Assembly: GCF_000195975.1 (NCBI RefSeq)
Contig: NC_005070.1
Location: 1,110,001 to 1,142,000 of the forward strand
DNA: 32,000 nt
Direction of reading: 5' to 3'
Source of the DNA: Parasynechococcus marenigrum WH 8102
GTDB lineage: Bacteria; Cyanobacteriota; Cyanobacteriia; PCC-6307; Cyanobiaceae
This document shows, piece after piece, positions 18,738 to 26,513 of the stretch. A program made the position numbers and the translations under genes. The notes below the pieces were generated by a model. The model did not search any database, was not told where the DNA came from, and saw only the letters and a program-made list of their open reading frames with translations. Position 1 is the first letter of the stretch. Every line of letters begins with the position of its first letter.

Positions 18738-18766
18738 CCTCGGGGATCTCTCCGGGGTTTCTTTTT
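18738..18766 (+). terminator. plus-strand intrinsic terminator at the end of repeat copy A
   Basis: CCTCGG-8 nt loop-CCGGGG followed by TTTCTTTTT. The difference between copies falls in the loop. Confidence 0.5.
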
Positions 18767-19311
18767 GGCCGCCTCAGTCGCCGCTCTGTCCTGGTTCGGA
18801 AGTGCTGACCGTAGGTATTTGTACTGCTAGCCATAAGCCCGCGAGTGCTTATGTTTCGACCAATCAGCTGCTTGTAGGCCCCCTTTCGACGGCTCTTGGC
18901 CTTGCGCCTGTCGCCTTGGAAACGCCGATCCATGACTGACCGCACTCTCAGCATCGCCACTGCACTGCGTGAAGCACAGCTGCAGTATCTTGAGGCTTCT
19001 CTTGCATCAAAGTCAGATTCCAAGCCTCAGCCCCTGGCTCAAGCTCCCAAAGACAATGACGAACTAGACGCGACTGGTCGTTAACGGTTGCTCTTCAGTC
19101 TTGATCAGCACGTCATTTTGAGACAACCCGGCTCCTCGAGATTGTCTCTGGTGGCTTTTGTTGGGGCGATTGTCTCAATAGCCCTGGGCGTCTTGCTCGC
19201 CTGGTTCACTTCCAGAATGACTGTCTGGTTTTTCAGTCCTGACCGGTATCGGCGTTAGGGCTTTTCAGAAATTTGAATCCTCATCACTCATATCTGCAAC
19301 GCCATCGGGCA

Positions 19312-19509
19312 CTACATGTCGATCGCTCTGCCCAACTCCAGTGGGTATCCCAAGGCAGCCCCTTCTATTTGTTGGGCTGACTCACAGCCGTTGACCAAAT
19401 CAATGATGTGGGACCACGGAACCGCGAGGAAAACGATGTTTGCCCCGAGCGATGCGATTACGTATAACAAAGCTCGCAACGGCACATACCTTTGAGTCAA
19501 ATACTCCAT
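19312..19509 (-). CDS. small membrane protein (hypothetical)
   Basis: 65 aa from the ATG at 19509 with one TM helix (ALLYVIASLGANIVFLAV). A frame-disrupted homolog lies at about 22280-22371. Confidence 0.35.
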   Translation of the reverse strand: MEYLTQRYVPLRALLYVIASLGANIVFLAVPWSHIIDLVNGCESAQQIEGAALGYPLELGRAIDM

Positions 19510-19851
19510 GTGTTTTAAGACATCTAAAGATCGCAGAAAGCTCTCCCTGGTAATCGCTCGTGCCAAGGAGGCTTTATCTGCCAGCTGCCGGGTCGCTCTC
19601 CCGGTGCTGCCTGGACAGTTACGCGTTCAAGCGTTGTCTGCATGGACCCCAAATATGGGGGCAAGCGAGGGAGATGGCAGTGTCTTTTTCTACAGGTTTT
19701 AGTTTCCGGAAAATCATCCGTGAAACTCTATTCAATGGTATCACGGACTACTGACGAGACGCCCTCCCTGCTCCCACCTGGAACCGTTTAGCACTGGTTT
19801 CAGCCGTCGATCACATTGGGCGCCCCACCTCGATCTGTTGTTGGGGGTGAC

Positions 19852-20037
19852 CTAATTGATCAGCTTTTCGTCGATACCGTGTTCGCGAGCGCATTCGACT
19901 TTGTCGCTCGTATCACTCACGCACTGCCCATAATCCTTCCATTGCTCTTGGCTTGGTCCGCAAGATGCCAAGAAAATGCCGGTTGCAGTTCCTACAGCTA
20001 CTAAAAGACGACGCTTAGAGGTAATGGTGGTACTCAT
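19852..20037 (-). CDS. small lipoprotein candidate
   Basis: 61 aa with a signal peptide and lipobox-like FLASC. Confidence 0.45.
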   Translation of the reverse strand: MSTTITSKRRLLVAVGTATGIFLASCGPSQEQWKDYGQCVSDTSDKVECAREHGIDEKLIN

Positions 20038-20128
20038 CGTGTCGGGACCTCGGTCGACCTCAGTTGTATTGATCTGACGTTATCGAGAACAAAACTTCTA
20101 TCAACATGTCTGTGGTCTTAAACGTCGA

Positions 20129-20344
20129 TCATGATTGACGTTCCAGATTTAGCAGCCTGCGCCTTGCTTGAGCGTCCTCTTGCTTAGCCTCTTCTGCCTC
20201 GGCGCGTAGAAAACGCTTCCTTTGAGCGGATTCATAGCCACTCATGTCTGGCTGCTTCTCCTCGGCTTGTTTGGGCTTTGGCTTGGGAACTGGCTCGGGC
20301 TTATCCAAACCCATCAAAAGTGGGTGGATTCCTCTACGACTCAT
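20129..20344 (-). CDS. small charged protein, SAQRKRF-motif family, copy 1
   Basis: 71 aa. The N-terminus MSRRGIHPLLMGLDKP and the motif GYESAQRKRFLRAEA are shared with the ORF at 22740-22898. Confidence 0.5.
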   Translation of the reverse strand: MSRRGIHPLLMGLDKPEPVPKPKPKQAEEKQPDMSGYESAQRKRFLRAEAEEAKQEDAQARRRLLNLERQS

Positions 20345-20727
20345 TTGTTTGATTTGCTACGTGGTTGTCGCGACGTGATCTTCCTGACCCAATCGGACCA
20401 GTAGATCATGTTGAATCCAAATTTGATTCGTGGTGTTGATGAAGACATTTGAAGACAACTGTCGACAGCTTTGCGTTTGGGGCTCGGTTGATGGCTTCGC
20501 TCTGCTCTCTCTGGTACTGGTCCACCACTGTTTTTGGAGGATCTTGAACGCTTCGGATGTATCCGAGAGGCGTCTGACCCTTCCCGCGGTCTTCTAGGTT
20601 GAGTGGGATAAGACTCTCCGCTAGCCGTAGCCACTACTGTCTTGATCGACCTGGCGACCTAAGTCAAAACCCTCTAAAAAACCTATACAGGTTCGGTGTA
20701 GCAATAGCTCTTCCCAAGTGGGACACC

Positions 20728-20877
20728 ATGACTGACGAGAGTCAGGCAATGGTCAAGAAGGTCGGCCTCATCGGTGGTGGAGGCCTCCTCCTGCTTGCCT
20801 TCAGCAAGATGCTTTTACCGCTGGCCCTGCTCGGCGGAGGTAGCTACGTCGCCTGGCGTTCCCTCAACAATAAGTAG
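20728..20877 (+). CDS. small membrane protein (hypothetical)
   Basis: 49 aa with a Gly/Leu-rich TM segment. Confidence 0.35.
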   Translation: MTDESQAMVKKVGLIGGGGLLLLAFSKMLLPLALLGGGSYVAWRSLNNK

Positions 20878-20882
20878 GGGGC

Positions 20883-21029
20883 ATGGAAGACAGCACCAAT
20901 AAGGCCAGACGAAGACTCTTCATCTGGGCCATCAGCATCAATGTCGTCGCTTGGGGCGGCTACTTGTTTTTGACCAAGGTCATGGGATTTGACTACGAGC
21001 TGATGAGACAGGCCAGGCTGGACGGCTAA
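20883..21029 (+). CDS. small membrane protein (hypothetical)
   Basis: 48 aa (MEDSTNKARRRLFIWAISINVVAWGGYLFL...). AGGGGG precedes the ATG. The ORF is below the length cutoff of the ORF track. Confidence 0.3.
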   Translation: MEDSTNKARRRLFIWAISINVVAWGGYLFLTKVMGFDYELMRQARLDG

Positions 21030-21285
21030 GGATTAGAACACGTCGGGCCTGACGCTGATTACCTTTTAGGGTCTTTGAGTAGGGATCAGCAGCTGCCAGC
21101 CCTTCCCCTTTGCTGGGGGTTGATTTCGTAAACACCCTGATGTGCCCGAATCATCGACCGATTGCTTAGAAGGCAGTTGCTCTGTCAGTGGTGCCATTGC
21201 TTTTGAGGTGTTTTTTCGTGCTTGCACGGAAGATTGATCTCATCCCTGCCCGTAGTTCTCGGTAGTTGCACAAAGCCACCTTCCT

Positions 21286-21295
21286 GTACTAGTAC
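21286..21295. promoter_or_regulatory. 10-bp perfect palindrome GTACTAGTAC (copy 2) plus the adjacent partial copy GTACTAGC
   Basis: 17 nt upstream of the ATG at 21312. Identical to 17402-17411. Confidence 0.35.
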
Positions 21296-21311
21296 TTGCG
21301 TACTAGCGGCC

Positions 21312-21515
21312 ATGGCGATGGAGGAGTGGGATTTTGTTGACGATCGCGACCTGCAGGGCTGGAAGGGTGGTGTCGTTTGCATTACATGCCAGCACTTCGC
21401 CTATGGCGTGGATCGTCACTGCCACACGTTGCTGGCCTGCAACCTCAGGCGACGCCAGCTGGCGCAAGATGATCACCTAAAAAAGCGCTGCAAGCTTTGG
21501 GCTCCTACGTCTTGA
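21312..21515 (+). CDS. small Cys/His-rich protein (possible zinc-binding)
   Basis: 67 aa from the ATG at 21312, with C-x2-C, H-C-H and C residues. A decayed 3' paralog lies at 23044-23121. Confidence 0.45.
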   Translation: MAMEEWDFVDDRDLQGWKGGVVCITCQHFAYGVDRHCHTLLACNLRRRQLAQDDHLKKRCKLWAPTS

Positions 21516-21533
21516 GATCAATCTTTTGTGTCC

Positions 21534-21577
21534 GTGAGAGTGGCGCAGTTTGGTAGGGCGCTTGCTTTGGGAGTAAG
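21534..21577 (+). pseudogene. tRNA-Pro(UGG)-like 5' fragment (acceptor 5' strand, D arm, anticodon arm; no T arm)
   Basis: GTGAGAG-TG-GCGC-AGTTTGGTA-GGGC-G-CTTGC-TTTGGGA-GTAAG. The downstream sequence lacks a T arm or an acceptor 3' strand. Confidence 0.4.
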
Positions 21578-21733
21578 CCGTGAAACCAGCCAAAGCCCCT
21601 CTGGCACCTTGAAAATCTTCTTCCCAGTTATTGAGACTGGAGACACTTGGAGACAAACCTCTCCGAGGCAAGAAAATTGCTTGCCTATGAAGCAAGCGCG
21701 CTCTTCGGGACAGGCGGCAAAGCGTCTACTCGA

Positions 21734-21752
21734 AACTGGCACAGTGCCAGTT
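21734..21752. promoter_or_regulatory. 19-bp perfect palindrome AACTGGCAC-A-GTGCCAGTT upstream of sRNA copy B
   Basis: The 9-bp arms are exact. It occupies the same position relative to the sRNA as 17933-17951. Confidence 0.45.
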
Positions 21753-21772
21753 GGTAGAAGTAGGTTATGGAA

Positions 21773-21856
21773 GTGAGGAAAAATCTAACGGGTTGGAAAC
21801 AAGGACACAACCCCGTGAGGTTTCGGAGCCCCTGCCTTTGGCGGGGGTTTCTTTTT
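21773..21856 (+). ncRNA. Yfr2-family-like sRNA, copy B
   Basis: It has the same GUGAGGA 5' end, GGAAACA loop hairpin and terminator as copy A, with few substitutions. Confidence 0.55.
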
Positions 21857-22226
21857 GAACTCAGTTATCCACAAGGTCAGTGGATCCAAACCTTGCCTGG
21901 GGCTCGCAAAAGCCGCTCATGGCACCATCCCTAGTGCTTTAGGGCACAAAAAAACCCGGTGTGACTCGCACAACGGGCTGGGTGATGGGGGAAACCTAAA
22001 TATGGCTTAGCCGCCAAGTACTGACCAGCCCCACATATGGTGCCACCTATTACTGGTCAGAGCTTCAATACACAATTAAGGAGTTCCACAGGGCACAAAT
22101 GATGTGGCACAAATGAGTCCAATGCGGCTAGTTTTGTCGGGTCCGGCCGGGTGATGGGGATCAGCCGAAAGGATTGATGACCTCGGGGATCACTCCGGGG
22201 TTTCTTTTTGGCCGCCTCAGTCGCCG
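21857..22226. repeat. structured noncoding repeat, copy B
   Basis: Collinear with 18414-18783. It contains the equivalent minus-strand (21948-21977) and plus-strand (22181-22209) terminators. Confidence 0.8.
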
Positions 22227-22739
22227 ATGTCGTTCCAGGCAGCCCCTTCTACAGGCAGTGCTTACAAGCCAGCTACCTGATCAAGGAAAGGACTGCAGAG
22301 ACCGCGAGAAGAGCTTGCTCTTCCCGAGCGATGCGGTGTCTGCACACACAAGCTCCTCCTGATACGGAGCCATGCGTCGTATGCACTGACTCTTTTCAGC
22401 ATTCCGTTGCACAGAACGGTGTCCCCCGCGATCGCTCACGCGGGAGACAGGGGGTTCTGCCAGCTCTCAGATCGCTCTACTGAGGCCGTCGCGTGTGGAA
22501 GAACTCCCCATGTCCGCGCCCAACAAATATGGGGTCAAGCAGCGTGTTCGGCAACACGTCTTTTGGTCATTTTTTGATTCCAGAAAATTTTCCGTGAAGG
22601 CCTGTGAATCTGGTAATCGGCAACACCGACAGCAGGACGCTCATCCTCCAAATCACACTTCACGACTGACTTCTCATAAGGTCGGATGATGTGGGTCATC
22701 AGCTATGGCCAACCGTTAGACGTCGATCACGTCGGTCGT

Positions 22740-22898
22740 TCAGCCAGCCTCCCTGACCTCGTCATCATCTGCCTCGGCACGAAGGAAACGCTTGCGTTGG
22801 GCTGACTCATAACCAGTCAGCTCGGTTTCCTTTTTCTCGGTTTTGCGAGCAGGCTTATCAAGCCCCATCAGGAGGGGGTGGATTCCTCTTCGGCTCAT
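22740..22898 (-). CDS. small charged protein, SAQRKRF-motif family, copy 2
   Basis: 52 aa (MSRRGIHPLLMGLDKPARKTEKKETELTGYESAQRKRFLRAEADDDEVREAG). Below the ORF-track cutoff, translated by hand. Confidence 0.45.
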   Translation of the reverse strand: MSRRGIHPLLMGLDKPARKTEKKETELTGYESAQRKRFLRAEADDDEVREAG

Positions 22899-23043
22899 TG
22901 GTCTGGACCTTTATTTGGATCTCGCGTCGTGGTCTCTCGGCCCATTCGCGTGTGGCACTCTCGCGAAAAAACGTCCATACCGCGATCGGCGACACAAAAC
23001 GATCAAACGTCGATCACGTTGGGCGTTCCACCGAAGGCTCTGA

Positions 23044-23121
23044 GGCCAGCTGGCCCAGGGCGACCACCTCAAGAGGAGATGCAAGCTCTGGGCACCAACG
23101 TGGCGTGCTGAAGCTATCTAG
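23044..23121 (+). pseudogene. 3' remnant of a paralog of the Cys/His-rich gene at 21312-21515
   Basis: About 79% nucleotide identity to 21453-21509. It encodes QLAQGDHLKRRCKLWAPT versus QLAQDDHLKKRCKLWAPT and is preceded by an in-frame TGA. Confidence 0.4.
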
Positions 23122-23125
23122 TCAG

Positions 23126-23320
23126 TCAGGCCTGAGCTTCCAGCAGCTCAAGCTCGATTTCACGTCCTTTCAGCCGGTTGAGCATGTCTTGGCTGTGATC
23201 AATGGGCGTTCCGTAGTACTCGAACTCCATCTGGTACTGCGGCAGGACGGAGCGCAGTCCACGGCGTTTCTGCCGAGCCAGATAACGATGAAAGCGGTTG
23301 TATGACCTTGATCGACTCAT
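23126..23320 (-). CDS. small basic protein (hypothetical)
   Basis: 64 aa. A strong GGAGG lies 4 nt upstream of the ATG. Confidence 0.5.
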   Translation of the reverse strand: MSRSRSYNRFHRYLARQKRRGLRSVLPQYQMEFEYYGTPIDHSQDMLNRLKGREIELELLEAQA

Positions 23321-23436
23321 GGCACCTCCTTCAGTTGTAAGTCAGTTGTAAAGCTCCTTTAGGGGTGTGGACTGTGTTGGAACGAACCATCTGGAAAACT
23401 TCAGCACGAAGAAAAACCGCTGAACGCTTTGGTCTC

Positions 23437-23661
23437 CTACGTCCCAGTCGGCCATGGGTTGGGCTCCTGAGGCTGGTTGAGCCGCAACCGCTCTCCCAAA
23501 ACGGGATTTCCCGTAGTGGAACTATGCAGAAATGCATAGTTCAGCCGTTCCTGTTCTTGGCGGATGTAGCGCTTGCGTTGGGCTGAGCAGAGCGCATCGG
23601 CCTCCTCAAGGTCGACGTGCCAACCAGCGGCTAGTCGATGGTCGGCTTCTTCATGCGTCAT
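23437..23661 (-). CDS. hypothetical protein with an SAQRKRY motif
   Basis: 74 aa. CSAQRKRYIRQEQERL resembles the motif of the proteins at 20129 and 22740. Confidence 0.4.
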   Translation of the reverse strand: MTHEEADHRLAAGWHVDLEEADALCSAQRKRYIRQEQERLNYAFLHSSTTGNPVLGERLRLNQPQEPNPWPTGT

Positions 23662-23803
23662 GAACCTCCACCGGCATCGGCACTCGGCCCTGCTGACCGT
23701 TGATGGCCTCTTGCTTCGACTGCAGCAGCTGCTCAGCTAGTTGCTCTGGTGTTGGCGTATTGGCAGCACGCTCAGCAGCTTCAGCCTTTCGGTTCTCGTT
23801 GAT

Positions 23804-24142
23804 CTAGTTGATGGCACGTTCCATCGCTTCCTGACGCATCTGCTCATGCAGCTGTGGCCGCCGAATCTTCAACTCGCGATCCAGGTCAACCGACAGCGCT
23901 TCACCAGCCTCCATGGCGGCTTTCAACGCCAAGCTCAAAGGACCACCCAGCAAGATTTCCGCTTGCTGAGCCACCGCAGGGTTTAGTGCGCGGTAGTTGG
24001 AGCGCCACGACATTGCGCGTGGATCGTCCCAGGTCCATGGATTGACGTCACTTGGGATTTGCTGCGGATTGAGGCCAGACATTTCGGCAGCGCGAATCAG
24101 CTCACGCAGCTCGAACTCAACGGTGTTGTGGGTGGTGGTCAT
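23804..24142 (-). CDS. hypothetical protein (ends at a TAG followed by a 50-codon in-frame extension)
   Basis: 112-aa ORF. The same frame stays open from 23803 down to 23654. Confidence 0.5.
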   Translation of the reverse strand: MTTTHNTVEFELRELIRAAEMSGLNPQQIPSDVNPWTWDDPRAMSWRSNYRALNPAVAQQAEILLGGPLSLALKAAMEAGEALSVDLDRELKIRRPQLHEQMRQEAMERAIN

Positions 24143-24160
24143 TGCTTTGAGAAGGCAGGG

Positions 24161-24577
24161 TTAAACATCGACTGCCTTTCCGTCTTCGATGGCTTGAAGC
24201 GTCCTGCGAATCTCTTGCAGCTGCTTCCGTTGCTCAGCTTCCAAGACGTTCTCGCGTAGAATCTTGAAGCTTTCGCTGATGGCCTGGGTTCTGGCGTAAG
24301 CCTTGACCTTGGGATCCAGCGCAATCTTGATCAACTCGTCAGCCAGCCTTGGCGCGGCTGAAGTCAGAAGGTTGTTGGCGACGTTGATGTTCTCGCGTAC
24401 CAGCGATTCGATGAACTCTTCAGCCCTGCTGTCTCGATACCACTTGCGAAGACATGGTGCTTTGACCCCAACAGCAGCTGCCGCATCTGCCCAAGTCGAG
24501 CCATTGGCGCAGAGCGTCAGCCCCTTGATGATGTGCGGCGGGATTGAGTCGTAGCGGTTGATTTCGGTATAACTCAT
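24161..24577 (-). CDS. HTH protein with terminase-small-subunit-like layout (tentative)
   Basis: 138 aa. N-terminal HTH-like GSTWADAAAAVGVKAPCLRKW, then a helical or coiled C-terminus. ATGA overlap with the upstream gene. Confidence 0.55.
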   Translation of the reverse strand: MSYTEINRYDSIPPHIIKGLTLCANGSTWADAAAAVGVKAPCLRKWYRDSRAEEFIESLVRENINVANNLLTSAAPRLADELIKIALDPKVKAYARTQAISESFKILRENVLEAEQRKQLQEIRRTLQAIEDGKAVDV

Positions 24578-24834
24578 GACGCTCCAGGGTGAAATCCACC
24601 AGCAATAAGTTGTTTACGCTTTCTTAACCTTGCTGTGGTGCTGAGGTTAGGAGCCCTGCGGTCCCTAAGTTCTTCTGGATAAATGCCATCTATCATCCAG
24701 TGCTGATATGCCAGTCGCGCAAATTCGTCTGCATCACGCTTATTTCTGCTGAACCACTGCTTTGCCATACGATTGCAACGTGACATGACGATCCATTCGT
24801 CCGTTGTCAGGTTCCAAGTCATCATCAAAGGCAT
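24574..24834 (-). CDS. hypothetical protein, first gene of the minus-strand small-gene operon
   Basis: 86-aa ORF with an AT-rich region upstream. Confidence 0.45.
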   Translation of the reverse strand: MPLMMTWNLTTDEWIVMSRCNRMAKQWFSRNKRDADEFARLAYQHWMIDGIYPEELRDRRAPNLSTTARLRKRKQLIAGGFHPGAS

Positions 24835-24874
24835 CTTTCTTCAATACTAACGAATAGTTTTTTCCATGCGGCTG

Positions 24875-24883
24875 TGCTACAAT
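24875..24883 (+). promoter_or_regulatory. extended -10 promoter candidate TGcTACAAT
   Basis: Lies in the AT-rich divergent intergenic region. It would give a leader of about 255 nt for the recombinase gene. Confidence 0.25.
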
Positions 24884-25144
24884 AGTGATTAAGATAGTTC
24901 AGAATTGTTGCTGTTTCAGAGGGTTCCCTGACTCCTGTTATAAGCAACAGAAAAAATGAACCCTGCCCCCTTAGTAGTCAGCAATACTGATAGCAATAAT
25001 AGTTATCTAAGCAGCGATAAGCATAAGAAATAATCACTGAAGATGCCGGAACGTTGGTGATAGCCAAACAGGAACATCGCGTAAAATACTAATAAGACGC
25101 TGTGGCAAACCAGCACTGCGTTCTTAGCTATTACAACTAAACAA

Positions 25145-25720
25145 ATGAAGTCCAATCGCCACGGTCAGAGTCGTGTGCTGGACACGAACCAGCTCGACCT
25201 GCTCATCTCAAATCTTTCTGATCAATACCACCAGCTGGTGGCTGAAGTGTGTCGCCGCACTGGCTGCCGCGTTGGTGAAGCAACGCAACTGACCTGGGGC
25301 ATGGTTTCGGAATCTGCCATCACGTTCCAGCGCGGTATTACCAAAGGCAAGCTGGCCTCAAGGTCTGTGCCGGTTACGCCAGTGTTGTGGGAAGCCCTGC
25401 GCGCCTGGAGAGATGTCTGGGTAGTGCGGCAGGGTCGTGATCCTGTGGCTGGTGATTACCTCGTACCAGGACAATTTGCTGGTTCGTGTCTCAGTACGCG
25501 AAGCTTTATGGATGCTCTTGAAAAGGCGGCTGCTGAATCGGGCCTAGAAGGCGTCTCAAGCCACAGTTTCCGGCGTTCGGCACTAACTAGTGCTCACAGT
25601 GCTGGAGTGCCTCTGAGGGTGCTTATGGCCCTGTCTGGGCATAAATCCATGTCAGCCCTGCAGCGTTACTTAGAGGTGACGCCGGCTCAACGTGTTGCTG
25701 CCGCTGCTGCCTTTGCATAG
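25145..25720 (+). CDS. small tyrosine recombinase, catalytic domain only
   Basis: 191 aa with the full R-K-HxxR-H-Y set (TGCRVGEA, TKGK, HSFRRS, GHKS, LQRY) and no N-terminal core-binding domain. Confidence 0.8.
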   Translation: MKSNRHGQSRVLDTNQLDLLISNLSDQYHQLVAEVCRRTGCRVGEATQLTWGMVSESAITFQRGITKGKLASRSVPVTPVLWEALRAWRDVWVVRQGRDPVAGDYLVPGQFAGSCLSTRSFMDALEKAAAESGLEGVSSHSFRRSALTSAHSAGVPLRVLMALSGHKSMSALQRYLEVTPAQRVAAAAAFA

Positions 25721-25731
25721 GGCCTTTACCT

Positions 25732-25753
25732 AACTACACAAATAGGTGTAGTT
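25732..25753. other. perfect 8-bp inverted repeat AACTACAC-N6-GTGTAGTT just after the recombinase stop
   Basis: Read directly from the sequence. No U-tract follows it. Confidence 0.4.
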
Positions 25754-25819
25754 GCGTGACGCTTTCAGTTGCCAATTGCTCTCGTTTTTTAGCTTCGACG
25801 TAATTAATTCTCTGGCCCA

Positions 25820-25984
25820 ATGTCTTTTGTATCTTCTCGCCAACAAAAGGTCACGAATGCCCTCCTCGAGCATTTAGCGCGTGAGGCTGAAATTGAAACC
25901 AACAGACGACGATTGGAAATCATGGAAATGCGGCGGCTGCAATCTTGGCAATTCAAGGCAGAGGCTTCTGGCTCTGGCTCGTGA
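25820..25984 (+). CDS. small helical protein (hypothetical)
   Basis: 54 aa, translated by hand. It ends 5 nt before the convergent ORF at 25990. Confidence 0.3.
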   Translation: MSFVSSRQQKVTNALLEHLAREAEIETNRRRLEIMEMRRLQSWQFKAEASGSGS

Positions 25985-25989
25985 CTGCT

Positions 25990-26220
25990 TCAGTGCAATG
26001 GGCAGAGCTTGCCGATGGGTTTGCCGGTGTCACCGGCTGGCCTTTTGCCATCGACATGGATGACGATCCAGGGCTCGTAAGTAGCGACACCATCAGGTGG
26101 TTCAGGAACTTGCTCGCCTTCGAAGACGCCAGTGACAAGCCATAGCGGCGGCTGCGTTTTCGCCAAGTGTATGTCCTGCGCTTTGCGCAACAGTCGAGCC
26201 AGCTCGCGTGAGTTGTCCAT
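25990..26220 (-). CDS. hypothetical protein
   Basis: 76 aa. A GGGGG stretch lies 9-13 nt upstream of the ATG. Confidence 0.4.
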   Translation of the reverse strand: MDNSRELARLLRKAQDIHLAKTQPPLWLVTGVFEGEQVPEPPDGVATYEPWIVIHVDGKRPAGDTGKPIGKLCPLH

Positions 26221-26513
26221 TCGTTAACCCCCGTTGAGAGCAATTACTAACGGTCTACCGTTTTCCATTGACGCTCGCTTGCAGAGGCGCATCATTCAGC
26301 CATGACAGGCTTGGTTTGCGGCATCACTGCTCTTTGGATGCACTGGTGGTGGTGCTGCAGAACGACGAACTCCCCTGCGCTCAAGAGAAGCTGGCCGTAT
26401 CCGCGCCAGTGGAAAGCTGCGGCTGATTTGTATGAAAGGCCCTGCCGGCGGCATCGCCACCTCAAAGCACGAACCAGGCTGAGTTATCGCAGCCTGCGCA
26501 CTCCATCAGCGGC

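Larger units (their letters stand above)
18414..18783. repeat. structured noncoding repeat, copy A
   Basis: About 96% identical to 21895-22226 over the last ~330 bp. It contains several hairpins and convergent terminators, and no ORF is conserved between the copies. Confidence 0.8.

Noticed and set aside
18718-19023. 101-aa minus-strand ORF.
   Set aside because: It is Arg-rich, and its C-terminus is encoded by the conserved noncoding repeat and its terminator. The region is not conserved as coding in copy B.
24835-25144. A fimS-like invertible promoter switch controlled by the small recombinase.
   Set aside because: Only 7-8-bp inverted repeats were found (AGTGATTA at 24884 with TAATCACT at 25031, and TGTTGCT at 24906 with AGCAACA at 24943). 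Matches of that length are expected by chance in 310 bp of AT-rich DNA. The idea is kept only as a low-weight hypothesis under the recombinase finding.
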